The notes beneath the pieces are model-generated. The model ran no database searches and had not been told where the DNA came from. It worked only from the letters and a program-made list of their open reading frames with translations. Of a DNA stretch of 64,000 bases, positions 9,108-18,719 are shown piece by piece. Position numbers and translations under genes: made by a program. The stretch's first letter is position 1. Every line of letters starts with the position of its first letter. The stretch lies in the IMG/VR virus record IMGVR_UViG_3300013121_000005, positions 64,001-128,000 of that record; one strand, 5' to 3'. The DNA comes from a virus. Lineage: Duplodnaviria > Caudoviricetes.

Positions 9108-9722
9108 ATGGGTGGGTATGTCATTTCCGTTGATCCCGCAGAACTAGCCAATCGGTTCTCTACCCCTGCAAAAGAATTTGAGGAAGAGGAGGAGAAAGTC
9201 AGTTCAACGGCGATTCCTCTGGACTATGAAAGTCAGATCGAACCCCTGTTGTGTCGAATCCCTGAACGTGAAGCGGATCTGATATCCCTCTACTTCATTC
9301 AAAAGAAGCGTCAGGCGGATATTGCAGAGATTTTTGGGGTGACTCAGGCTGCAATTAGCTACCGTCTCGATCGTGGTCTCCAACGAATCCGATTTCTCTT
9401 GTCAATCCCTCAGGTCACTGAAGAGGAAATGCGAGAGGTTTTACCTGAGGTGCCCTTTCGGCCTATTGATGTGGACATTCTGATTGGAATGTGGGAAACA
9501 ACCTGTCAATCAGAAGTCGCAACTCGGTTGGGGCTTACTCAGGGTCGAGTGAGACATCGGTTCTTTGGGGCAGTGAAGACTCTTGGGAAGCGGGCTGAGG
9601 AGGATGAGCGATTCGTCCCTTACAGCAAGGTCTTTTCTGCTATCGCTTCCAAGAAGTTCAATATTCTGCGTGAGGTCAGGTTACCTCAGTGGGCTAATCG
9701 AGGTGGTGACGGCTGTTTTTAG
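9108..9722 (+). CDS. sigma-70 region-4-like tandem HTH protein (possible late transcription factor)
   Basis: RIPEREADLISLYF..KRQADIAEIFGVTQAAIS and a second HTH QSEVATRLGLTQGRVR; strong GGAGG RBS. Confidence 0.7.
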   Translation: MGGYVISVDPAELANRFSTPAKEFEEEEEKVSSTAIPLDYESQIEPLLCRIPEREADLISLYFIQKKRQADIAEIFGVTQAAISYRLDRGLQRIRFLLSIPQVTEEEMREVLPEVPFRPIDVDILIGMWETTCQSEVATRLGLTQGRVRHRFFGAVKTLGKRAEEDERFVPYSKVFSAIASKKFNILREVRLPQWANRGGDGCF

Positions 9723-9755
9723 GTAGCGGGGTGGCGAGGCTAGGGTTTCCCAGTT

Positions 9756-9765
9756 TCTTCTTATG
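9756..9765 (+). promoter_or_regulatory. putative late-promoter motif TCTTCTTATG
   Basis: The identical 10-mer recurs at 26220 and 40293, each 14-32 nt upstream of a start codon; this copy marks the start of the structural region. Confidence 0.5.
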
Positions 9766-9787
9766 CCTTGGGCTTTGAAGAGGAACC

Positions 9788-10687
9788 GTGCTCGTCACAA
9801 GCCTACAGAGTCACGATTACAAGTTCGTGTTTGACACCCCTGCTGGCAGGTGGAAGTGGGTAACTCGCCTTGATGTGTCGCAGGCAACCCCCTCCTTTTC
9901 TGTAAGGGACATCGTTTCACCTTACGGGCTACTTCGAGATTCAATTCCGATTCCGGGTGAGATCATCACTGCGATGGCGGAATCGATTACGGAACTTCGG
10001 TCTAACTTTACGCCCTCTATCTTGGTAGGGCCTCCCCCAGCTCTTACCTTTACGGTGGATGAGGGGCGTGGTTTTAGTCCGGGTGTAGCTGTAACCCTCA
10101 CGAATAATGGGACGTATGGTTCCATTCTTGGGGCAACGCTTACGAAGTCGGCGTCGTACTTGCGAGTCACTCCAGCTAGTGTGGGGGGTCTTGCCATCAA
10201 TGAGGCAGGGCAGTTTACTGTTGAGGTGGACTCCACCTCTCTCCTAGCTACTTCGAGCCCGTACAATGAGACTGTTACAGTACAGGACTCGGCAGCGAGT
10301 AATAGCCCCCAGGTCTTTCCGGTTACTGTCGTAGTTAGGCCGAAGGCTACAATTACTGTGACCCCTACTGCGCGGTCTTTTAGCGTAGTCAAACCCCTCA
10401 CCGGAGCGTTTCCGGCAATCGCGGACCAGACCTTTGTGGTTCAGAATACGGGGCCTGCTGGGTCGGTATTGAGTTTTCAAATTCAGAAGCTTACGGGCTT
10501 GTCTGATTGGTTGGTGGCCTTTTTGCCAGCTTCAGATACTTTGAGTTCGGGGCAGAGCGATACCATTACGGTTAGTGTACAGCCTCCAAGTACAATGTTG
10601 CCTGGGACTTACACTGAAAAGCTGAGGGTTTCTGGGTATAGCACGAACTCTTACGTGGATGTTGATATTCAACTTGTGATTACGTGA
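9788..10687 (+). CDS. Ig-like/BACON-type beta-sandwich virion protein
   Basis: Two T/V/S-rich beta domains (..YLRVTPASVGGL.., ..SDWLVAFLPASDTLSSGQS..PGTYTE). Confidence 0.65.
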   Translation: MLVTSLQSHDYKFVFDTPAGRWKWVTRLDVSQATPSFSVRDIVSPYGLLRDSIPIPGEIITAMAESITELRSNFTPSILVGPPPALTFTVDEGRGFSPGVAVTLTNNGTYGSILGATLTKSASYLRVTPASVGGLAINEAGQFTVEVDSTSLLATSSPYNETVTVQDSAASNSPQVFPVTVVVRPKATITVTPTARSFSVVKPLTGAFPAIADQTFVVQNTGPAGSVLSFQIQKLTGLSDWLVAFLPASDTLSSGQSDTITVSVQPPSTMLPGTYTEKLRVSGYSTNSYVDVDIQLVIT

Positions 10688-10694
10688 GGGCAGG

Positions 10695-10961
10695 ATGTCT
10701 AGGGACTACGACCTTGGTTTGTTTGAAGTTCAGGGCTCTTCTGGGTTGGATTCCTTCTTTGCCAGAGAGCCTGAAATTGTGACTCCTCGTTCTCGGCGTA
10801 AGATTGCGTCGATTCAGGACCTTTCAGCTTTTGTCCGGATCGGAGCTGACCAGTTGGTTCATAAGGCAGATAGAGACCTTTGGGCAATCAAGCGTGATGC
10901 GCAAGGTACCCTATCCATTGAACGACAGTTTGACGATAATGGTCAACCTCTACGCTTTTGA
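10695..10961 (+). CDS. hypothetical protein
   Basis: RBS present, tiles the operon; contains RKIA|S. Confidence 0.7.
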   Translation: MSRDYDLGLFEVQGSSGLDSFFAREPEIVTPRSRRKIASIQDLSAFVRIGADQLVHKADRDLWAIKRDAQGTLSIERQFDDNGQPLRF

Positions 10962-10971
10962 GGGGTTTTGA

Positions 10972-12324
10972 GTGAACACTCGGCAAAGAGTTAGGGTAGT
11001 TGTTGCAAGGGAGGGAGGTGCGCCTCTTCCTCTTGATTCTGATGGGTCGTCCTCTGGGAAGCGAGCGATCCCGTCTAAGCATCGCTTTGACCCTAAGGCT
11101 TTAAAGTCTCTAGCGAGAGCCCTTTTCTCGGCTAGTGTGGCTTTGGGGCATTCTGTTACAGCGTACAAGGTATTTGCTCGTATCAAGTCGGCCAGCATTT
11201 CTCCTGATGGGATGCTTGGGGGTCGAGGGTACGTTCTGCAAGTTAAAGAGGTTCGGGCGAAGCTTCAGCAGGCATGCGAGCTTCTTTCTGCTGTTACTGA
11301 TACGATGCATGATGAGATTAATGCTCCGCATTGGAAGCCTAAGCTTGGTGAGCTTGGTGCAAATGATGCGGAGGATATCCTTGAGCTTCTTGGTGAAGCG
11401 GACGATGTTCTGAAAGACCCTGAGGCATTTGGCGACAAGGGTCTGGAACAGGTAGAGGAAAAGAATGATGGCCCTAAGGGTACTTCTAACGCTTTGAAGT
11501 GGAAGGACACTGAAGAGGGATCTCAAATGCCTGGGGGCGAGGAATCTCGCCCTCCCAAGGAAACCTCTAAGTTGGCCAATAGTTCGGTCCCCGTGACAAC
11601 TCTTCCGGGACCCCGAGTGGATCATTTGGATCGTGGGGAGCAGCTTGGTCCAGGGGGGTCTTATAATAGGGATGAGCCCCCGGTAGAAGATGCTTGGGGT
11701 CTTCCAACTGGGGATGAGATTTACGAAGGGTCAAGTTCTTTGACCGGGACCTGGGGTGTTCAGCTCGCTGCTGAAGGGGCTTGGGGTGCAGCGGCCTTGC
11801 CTGACGGCAAAGGGGATGGGACAGCTACCCAGGCAGATGATTTTGGTCTTGGTTACGGGGCGAAGGGTCAGGGTTCTCAAGGGTATGGTACCCGTAGCCC
11901 TGATGGTCATGGTGTGTGGGGCCCTGCAAGTGGTTTGCCCCATGACCCTAAGACTCCAACCCGAGACCCAGAGGAAGGTGCTACGCCTTACCTGGATGGG
12001 ATTGGGCGTAATGTATGGGCGTGTGATTCTGGTTGCTCTTGTTCCCAATCCAAGTTGCCTTTTGACGGACCTGACGAGGTTGCTCGATCAGACTACTACA
12101 GGGAGGATCGGGGCAACCAGTTCAATGTGAACCGTTCTGCTTGGCGTCCTGTGGAGTCTGACTCTACTCTACCTGGGGATCAGGGCTCTGCGTACAACTT
12201 TGACCGAGATTTACCTGATGTTGGGGGTAAGCTGGAACGACAGGATGTGCCCTATGTCAAGTACGATTGGGGTACCCATCAGTATCGCCATGATAAGCAG
12301 GATCTTTGGGGCGTGACAAAGTAA
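10972..12324 (+). CDS. hypothetical protein with disordered G/D/P-rich C-terminal half
   Basis: 450-aa ORF with GAGG RBS; repeated S-x-LP-x-D elements. Confidence 0.75.
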   Translation: MNTRQRVRVVVAREGGAPLPLDSDGSSSGKRAIPSKHRFDPKALKSLARALFSASVALGHSVTAYKVFARIKSASISPDGMLGGRGYVLQVKEVRAKLQQACELLSAVTDTMHDEINAPHWKPKLGELGANDAEDILELLGEADDVLKDPEAFGDKGLEQVEEKNDGPKGTSNALKWKDTEEGSQMPGGEESRPPKETSKLANSSVPVTTLPGPRVDHLDRGEQLGPGGSYNRDEPPVEDAWGLPTGDEIYEGSSSLTGTWGVQLAAEGAWGAAALPDGKGDGTATQADDFGLGYGAKGQGSQGYGTRSPDGHGVWGPASGLPHDPKTPTRDPEEGATPYLDGIGRNVWACDSGCSCSQSKLPFDGPDEVARSDYYREDRGNQFNVNRSAWRPVESDSTLPGDQGSAYNFDRDLPDVGGKLERQDVPYVKYDWGTHQYRHDKQDLWGVTK

Positions 12325-12335
12325 GGTGCGTAACA

Positions 12336-14345
12336 ATGTCTACTGAGTTAGACCTTTCTGAATTTCTGAAGGCAGGCGCGGTGTCCAACCTGGATTGGTT
12401 GGAGGTCAACGAGGAAGACTACCGACGTCTAGACCGTCTGCCAAAGCAGAACCTTGATTTTGCTCCGGATCTTGAGGCTATGTGGGCTCATGAGGGTAAG
12501 TCTGCGAGTGCCCACCTAGTTCCAAATTCGGGTGCCCCTCGACCTGCGGACTTGAGCGAGGTGGGAGTCTCGAAGGAGTCTTCAGAGCAGGTCCTTAGAG
12601 TTGCTCGTCTTGCTTTGATGCAGTCGAGAGACCTGCAAAAGTTCAAACACGCCTTGGTATCTCGGTTCGACAAGACGGTCCTTCGAGCTTCTCGGGGTGC
12701 CCTCGCTTCTCTACTCCAAGAGCGTGGGCTTCTTGGGTCGTATTACCTCGATGCGGCTGACTTTCCTGGGTGCCATCAGGCACCCAAGAAGGTGCTCGCC
12801 TTCGTTAGGAAGTACGCGAGTAGCTCACTGTTTGTTGTCTCGAAGAGTCAGTGCCAAGGTTGTGTCCATGCCGGGGACACCTGTGGGGTGTTCCAAAAGA
12901 AGCTTGTTTTGGAGGTCCCTTACTCAGAGAGTCTGGCAAAGGCTGTTGAGCGTTCACAGTCGTCTAAGGGTAAGCAAGTCCAAGCTAATACGACCGCCGA
13001 CCCTAAGGATAGGATTCGTCTAGCCTTTTTGGCGGATGATGTGTCGGTAGTGGGGTCTGCGGAAACCCCAAAGCCAATTCTCAACCCCTCTCAACAACTC
13101 CGTGAGGTAAAGGCTCCTGGTAGGGTTCATCTTCCTGTACTTAGCTCAGAGCAGCAGCGTCTCATTGAAGCTGAACAGGCTTGGGAGCCCGAGATTGCAG
13201 CGGGCAAGACGGCTTCTTCCAAAGTTAAGGAAAGCAGGACAGCATTCGAGATCGTAAACCTTCTTCGTCGTGAAATGCTTAGGGGTCGAGGTGAGTCTGA
13301 GCTGTTGCAATCCTTGAAGCTTTCCTTCAGCTTGGCAGATTTGAAGGCAACTCGGGCTTCTTGGGAGCCTCTTTTCAAGCAGGCAGGCTTTTACGGTACG
13401 ATTTATGCAACTCAGACCTCATTCGACGATTGTCCTACGGGAGCTGACTTCCTTGCGAAGTTTAACCCTAGCCTCAAGGTGATCGTTGCTGGGGGTAAGT
13501 GCCAGGGTTGTTTCTACAACAAGATGGCCCGGTGCATGATGTATGGGCGTCCTTTGGTAGCTCGGGCTGAGGATGCTTTCACTCCTGAGGTGGTTCAGAG
13601 TGTTATTTGGGAACACCGATTGGCTGGGCGCTTGAGTACAGGGGCCGATAAGGTTGTGTGGGGCTCAACTCCACAAGAAGCACTGAAGGCAATCTACCGA
13701 GTTGCCTCGGAAGCTAATCAACCGAAGAAGTCTTCGTCAGTTAGGTCGTACGTTGAGCAAGCTTTTCGTGGGAAGGACCACAGGCATGTTACAGCAGGTC
13801 TCACGAAGCGGGAGATTCTGAGGGCTACAACTCGGTATCTCAATGAAGGTCTGTATGGTGCTCAACTTGAAGAGGCTCTTAGGCGTCGGTTTGACCCTAG
13901 AGATTTGGTTGCCTCTCGTGAGGACTTGAAGAGTGTTATGGCTGAGCAGGGGCTACAGGGGATTTACTTCGTAGACCCTACAATTTACGAGGACTACGCT
14001 AAGGGTTGCGAGGAAGGTGCTCGTCTTCATCGGGCTCGCCTGGTTCCGTATGTTAAGTTGGGCTCGAAGTGCTCGACTTGTATTAGCCAGTCGAACCCAG
14101 GGACCTGTTCCAAGTATAACAAGCCGCTTGTTGTGGATCCTCCCTATGCGGACAAGCAGGCTCAGCAACGTGAGATCCTTGACTCTGGCAATTCTACGGA
14201 AGTCTCTCTTGCTAGCCTCATGAATGGGAGCAAGTCGATTGTGGCTGAGTTTGGAATGCAGAGCATGACTATTGATTTGGACCCTGAGCCCGTGAAGGGC
14301 CCACAGGTTCAAGTGGAGCTTGGTGGTACCAAGTTTGATCTATGA
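12336..14345 (+). CDS. hypothetical protein with three internal 4-Cys repeats
   Basis: Three ~110-aa units, each G[LF]xGxxY..C..CxxC..C..K/P-LV. Confidence 0.8.
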   Translation: MSTELDLSEFLKAGAVSNLDWLEVNEEDYRRLDRLPKQNLDFAPDLEAMWAHEGKSASAHLVPNSGAPRPADLSEVGVSKESSEQVLRVARLALMQSRDLQKFKHALVSRFDKTVLRASRGALASLLQERGLLGSYYLDAADFPGCHQAPKKVLAFVRKYASSSLFVVSKSQCQGCVHAGDTCGVFQKKLVLEVPYSESLAKAVERSQSSKGKQVQANTTADPKDRIRLAFLADDVSVVGSAETPKPILNPSQQLREVKAPGRVHLPVLSSEQQRLIEAEQAWEPEIAAGKTASSKVKESRTAFEIVNLLRREMLRGRGESELLQSLKLSFSLADLKATRASWEPLFKQAGFYGTIYATQTSFDDCPTGADFLAKFNPSLKVIVAGGKCQGCFYNKMARCMMYGRPLVARAEDAFTPEVVQSVIWEHRLAGRLSTGADKVVWGSTPQEALKAIYRVASEANQPKKSSSVRSYVEQAFRGKDHRHVTAGLTKREILRATTRYLNEGLYGAQLEEALRRRFDPRDLVASREDLKSVMAEQGLQGIYFVDPTIYEDYAKGCEEGARLHRARLVPYVKLGSKCSTCISQSNPGTCSKYNKPLVVDPPYADKQAQQREILDSGNSTEVSLASLMNGSKSIVAEFGMQSMTIDLDPEPVKGPQVQVELGGTKFDL

Positions 14346-14731
14346 GCGATGATGCTCTCATTCTTCGGGTTGCAGCTCGCTTTCTTCACGCTGATCAGCC
14401 CCCTGGTCAGCGTCGTCGAGACAAATCCTTAGTGAAACCGGTCAACCCTCCTAAGGGGATCGACCGTAGTATCGCTAAAGAACATGGTCAACCCATGGAG
14501 GATGCCCATGATGAGGTGGTATCTCCAGATCGTCGAGACCTCCGTCCTATAGACTTGTTTGTCCCGAAGCCAGATCAGGTTAGTGTCCGAAATTTGGCTG
14601 AGACTGGTCGTGATTTGGCAAGAGCTATCCAGAAACAGATTCCAAAGGACAAGGGCTATGCTACAGTAAGGAATCTGTCTCAGTATCTTATCGAGACTGA
14701 GGGCGGTGGCGGTACTCCTCGAATTCAGTGA
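14342..14731 (+). CDS. hypothetical protein with N-terminal RVAARF motif
   Basis: ATGA overlap; starts MSDDALILRVAARFLHAD. Confidence 0.75.
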   Translation: MSDDALILRVAARFLHADQPPGQRRRDKSLVKPVNPPKGIDRSIAKEHGQPMEDAHDEVVSPDRRDLRPIDLFVPKPDQVSVRNLAETGRDLARAIQKQIPKDKGYATVRNLSQYLIETEGGGGTPRIQ

Positions 14732-14739
14732 GGTTAGCT

Positions 14740-15357
14740 ATGAAGGACGGGACTGTTGTGGATGAGACTACTGTGGAAGAAGAGGGGGTTGATGCAGTAG
14801 GCTCTGTATTGCAGTTTGTACCGGTTCAACATGCCCCTAGGACTGGCAAAAACGATCTGAAGGTCAAACGGGGTCCAGGTCGTCCTAGGAAGGTTGAGCG
14901 TGCTCCAACAGTTAGTGACCTGGAGTACCATGCGCTGATGGCTGAGGAGCGGCAGAAATTCATTGGTTCTGACGCACTAGTTAAAGCTATCGAGGAACAT
15001 GGGGATGCGCTTGGTATCCTTCACCTAATCAAGAAGGAGGTGGCTCGTGAGGCTGCTAGCCTTCATTTTGAGCGGATTGAGACAGAGAAGCGAGGCCGGG
15101 ACACGGGTCAAGTCTCGACTCGTCGTGTTGAGGCGCTTAAGAAGATCGCGGACATCGAGTTGAAGATCAAGGAGATTGACTCGGAGTCTGTCAATCTTTC
15201 GAGTGAACGGATGCAGAAGGTCTTTAGCCTTTGGGTTGAGACCATGCGTGAGGTTGCCCAGGAGATCCTCCCCCAAGAGACATTAGACCTCTTTTTCAAT
15301 CGTTTTGCGACTGCAATGGATGGTTGGGAGGAGCGAGCGGCGAATAAGTTGAGGTAG
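14740..15357 (+). CDS. AT-hook protein, candidate terminase small subunit
   Basis: KRGPGRPRK AT-hook followed by a helical body; immediately upstream of TerL. Confidence 0.55.
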   Translation: MKDGTVVDETTVEEEGVDAVGSVLQFVPVQHAPRTGKNDLKVKRGPGRPRKVERAPTVSDLEYHALMAEERQKFIGSDALVKAIEEHGDALGILHLIKKEVAREAASLHFERIETEKRGRDTGQVSTRRVEALKKIADIELKIKEIDSESVNLSSERMQKVFSLWVETMREVAQEILPQETLDLFFNRFATAMDGWEERAANKLR

Positions 15358-15358
15358 T

Positions 15359-18300
15359 ATGCCCCCGAAAGTTAAGAAATCGGCGGGTATCTCACACCTT
15401 ATCCGAAGTGCGGGGCATAAAGCTCGTGCAATTGCGGAAGAGCGGTCAGATCAAGGTGATGTTACAGAGATCACTGTAGACGGCCGACAAACCCGCATCT
15501 TCAACGTCCTGAACTACGTCGAGTCCCCGTGGGGGCTGAACATGACGCTGTACCCTGTACAGCGTTTCATTGTGAAGCTTTACTACAACTTACCTCTCGA
15601 TGACAAACTGCCCGAAGAGACGAATCGACGGATTCGGATCTCGGACATGTTCAACACCAAGACCCTATACACCTTCACCGAGAAGGAGTACCTGCAATAC
15701 CTCTACAACGAGGGGCGCTGCAATATCGGGGAGCAGGACCACATGCGGAGGCAACTGACGCTTCCCATTGGGAGAAGGGCGGGGAAGTGTTGCTTACATG
15801 GTACGATATGTGCTACATCGGAGGGGTTCCGAGAAATTCAAGACCTTGGGGACCCAAACGGTCCTGAGTATCAGCCTCTTAAAGTCGGGGTTGCTCAAGA
15901 GGGATCAAAGAGGTCAACGTCTGCTTACTTCTATAATGGAGGGGTGAGAGACACGATCCGGGTTCGTAGTCGGTGTGGGTATGAGATTGAGGGTACCCCC
16001 AATCATCGTATCCGTGTGATGGCCGAGGACGGGACCATTCAGTGGCGGTTCCTTGGAGACATGCGGGTAGGGGACCGAATTGGAATCCACCGTAAGACGG
16101 ATCTTTGGGCGTCCGCCCCTTTTGAGACCTCGGCGTACCATCCCCCCTTCAGTGGCAGAGAGATCGAACTCCCAGAAGTCATTAATGAAAGGTGGGCTAC
16201 TCTGCTCGGGGTGCTTGTGGGGGATGGTTCTTGGAACTACCCTTCAACGTTGGAGGTTACGGTTGGCCCTTACCAGGAGTGGCTCACACAGGTTGAGGAA
16301 CTGTTTCGTAGCACTTTAGGTCGTGTGCGAGTGATCAAGGAATCCCATCGTGATGTTTTTAGAGTCCGATGTTATTCCCTCAGAGCCCGACAGTTTTTTT
16401 CGGGTATTGGCTACACACTCAACGTAGCCAGTGATGCTAAGCGGATCCCGTGGGTTATTTGGCGTTCTCCGAAGTCGGTTGTTGCAGCATTTCTTCGAGG
16501 TCTCTTCGAGACTGATGGGGGTGTTGAGCGGGGCGGTCGTATCGTTTCCTTTTCCACCGCCAGTCAGAAGCTCGCCAGTGAGCTTCAACTTCTCCTCTTG
16601 AACTTTGGAATCGTCTCTCGGGTCAAACCTCGTTTCAACAAGCGGTACTCGAAGACGTACTATCATTTGACAGTACTTGGCGCGGAGTCTGTTAGGCTTT
16701 TCTCCAGTGAGATCGGCTTCCTAAGCGAGCGAAAAAACGCCCTTTTGCGGGCTCATATCACCAAGGGGGATCTCGGGAACAAGAGCCCTACGGAGTCAAT
16801 CCCATTTCAACGTGTATGGTGTCGTCGGCTTCTTGAGTCAGTCCCAAAAAACACTGGGGACCATGCGAGAGGTAAAGCGCTGGGTTGGAGGAGAAGCCTT
16901 CTCCGTGCAGCTCTTGGTAACGTCATCAAGAGCACGACGGAAGACCTGTCTTATCCTCGTCTTCGCGCTGCTCTTGCAGTGGCTCGTGAAGTTGGGGCTT
17001 CACAGGAAGCTGTCGCCCATTTTGAAACCTTACTTGGAGCTGGTTACTTTTACGACGAAGTAACCGAGATTACTCCAAGTCGTGGGAGGGTCTACGACCT
17101 TACGGTCCCCGATGGGGAGTCGTTCGTCGCCAACGGCATGACGAACCACAACACGACCCTATCCGCCATTTTTGCAAGCTACGAGCTGTATCGGCTTCTT
17201 TCCTTGGGGAATCCCCAGGACTATTATGGGCTTCCGAATGGCAACCGTATCCAGATTATCTCGGTTGCAACCGACAAGGACCAGGCGGGTCTGCTCTTCA
17301 ATGACGTGACCTCGCACATGGCGAAGTGCGAGTTCTTCAAGCCGTACATCGCGAACAACACCCTCTCCTACGTTCAGCTTCGGACCCCCTACGACATCGA
17401 GAGATACGGTCCGACGGTCCGCCACGAGAGCGGCAAGTTCGCTAGTTTCAACGGTAAAGCGTCTATCCGTGTTACCTTCAAGGCGAGCATCTCGAAGGGT
17501 CTTCGTGGCTCGGGTAACGTCGTCATTATCCTTGACGAGATCGCCCACTTCCAAGAAAAGGGGACTAGCTCAGCCAAGGACATCTACGACGCCATCACCC
17601 CGTCCGCTGCTGCTTTCTCACCCAAGGATCCGAACGATTCAACACGTCCCGTCGGTCCTGTTGAAAGCCGGATCATCTGTATCTCGTCGCCCCTCAACAA
17701 GTCAGGTAAGTTTTACGAACTGTACCACCTCGGCATGAGCCGAGCTGCTGGCTCGGAGAACATGCTGGTCATCCAGGCTCCAACCTGGGAGGTCAACCCG
17801 ACGATCGAGTCCTCCTACTACCGCGAGAAGTACCACGAGGACCCAGCCGTCTTCATGACGGAGCACGGGGCCCTGTTTTCGGATCGGGTCAGGGGTTGGA
17901 TTGAACGCGAACAGGACCTTGTTGATTGCATCCGAACTGATCTTCGTCCAAAAAGTTACGGGCCTCCTCGGTTCCCTCATCAGATTGGGGTTGACGTGGG
18001 TATGGTGGGTGACGGTACGACGGTCGCCATTACCCATTGTGAGGGGCCGAACATCGTCCTCGATTACCATGAGGCTTGGTACGCGGGCGTCCCGTGGAAG
18101 AAGACGAACCCTCACTTGACGGCTCCCTTGGTGGAGTACGCCAAGACGTTAGAGTCGGTTGATCGTCTTGATTTTGACGAGATTGCTAACTGGATTTTCG
18201 AGCTGTCGAAGCGATTTTACCTGACTTCTGGGTTGTTTGACCGATGGAATGGTCTCCCGTTGGAGCAGGCTCTTCACAAGAAGGGTCTTAAGCAGTTTCG

Positions 18301-18718
18301 CAGCGAGTTTTTCACTAGAGACGACAGAAGCCGCATGTTCCAGGCCATGAAGCTTATGTTGTTTGATCGTAGGGTTGTGTTGTATGACTGGCCTTTACCA
18401 AAGGAGGGGGAGGCACAGTCAAAGCACTCTCCTTTGATCGAGGAGATTTTGAGCCTCCAGGCTCAACAAATGGCTCGTAACCAGATTTTGGTTGAGGCCC
18501 CTAAGATTGCTGGGGCTCATGATGACATTTCAGATGCTTTGGTTCGAGCAGTTTGGCAGTCTCTTGAGAGGATTTCGACCCAGAAAATAACGGCCCCCCT
18601 AGGGGATTTCCATCCCCAGTCTCGTGGTATTAGCCTGCCTCATTATCAGTTGATGCGTGCTAGGAAGCATGGGATCCATAGGGATCGTCTTGTACCTCGT
18701 TCCTTGAGGAGGAGATGA
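15359..18718 (+). CDS. terL: terminase large subunit (intein-interrupted)
   Basis: LYPVQR, Walker A GRRAGK|T split by the intein, Walker B IILDEIAH, ISSP coupling motif, nuclease GVD..D..HDDISDA; spliced length 664 aa. Confidence 0.93.
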   Translation: MPPKVKKSAGISHLIRSAGHKARAIAEERSDQGDVTEITVDGRQTRIFNVLNYVESPWGLNMTLYPVQRFIVKLYYNLPLDDKLPEETNRRIRISDMFNTKTLYTFTEKEYLQYLYNEGRCNIGEQDHMRRQLTLPIGRRAGKCCLHGTICATSEGFREIQDLGDPNGPEYQPLKVGVAQEGSKRSTSAYFYNGGVRDTIRVRSRCGYEIEGTPNHRIRVMAEDGTIQWRFLGDMRVGDRIGIHRKTDLWASAPFETSAYHPPFSGREIELPEVINERWATLLGVLVGDGSWNYPSTLEVTVGPYQEWLTQVEELFRSTLGRVRVIKESHRDVFRVRCYSLRARQFFSGIGYTLNVASDAKRIPWVIWRSPKSVVAAFLRGLFETDGGVERGGRIVSFSTASQKLASELQLLLLNFGIVSRVKPRFNKRYSKTYYHLTVLGAESVRLFSSEIGFLSERKNALLRAHITKGDLGNKSPTESIPFQRVWCRRLLESVPKNTGDHARGKALGWRRSLLRAALGNVIKSTTEDLSYPRLRAALAVAREVGASQEAVAHFETLLGAGYFYDEVTEITPSRGRVYDLTVPDGESFVANGMTNHNTTLSAIFASYELYRLLSLGNPQDYYGLPNGNRIQIISVATDKDQAGLLFNDVTSHMAKCEFFKPYIANNTLSYVQLRTPYDIERYGPTVRHESGKFASFNGKASIRVTFKASISKGLRGSGNVVIILDEIAHFQEKGTSSAKDIYDAITPSAAAFSPKDPNDSTRPVGPVESRIICISSPLNKSGKFYELYHLGMSRAAGSENMLVIQAPTWEVNPTIESSYYREKYHEDPAVFMTEHGALFSDRVRGWIEREQDLVDCIRTDLRPKSYGPPRFPHQIGVDVGMVGDGTTVAITHCEGPNIVLDYHEAWYAGVPWKKTNPHLTAPLVEYAKTLESVDRLDFDEIANWIFELSKRFYLTSGLFDRWNGLPLEQALHKKGLKQFRSEFFTRDDRSRMFQAMKLMLFDRRVVLYDWPLPKEGEAQSKHSPLIEEILSLQAQQMARNQILVEAPKIAGAHDDISDALVRAVWQSLERISTQKITAPLGDFHPQSRGISLPHYQLMRARKHGIHRDRLVPRSLRRR
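15788..17152 (+). mobile_element. intein with LAGLIDADG homing endonuclease (455 aa)
   Basis: Starts with C (CCLHGT), block B GTPNHRI, LAGLIDADG motifs LLGVLVGDG and FLRGLFETDGG, block F/G VYDLTV..FVANGMTNHN, Thr at +1. Confidence 0.95.
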
Positions 18719-18719
18719 C

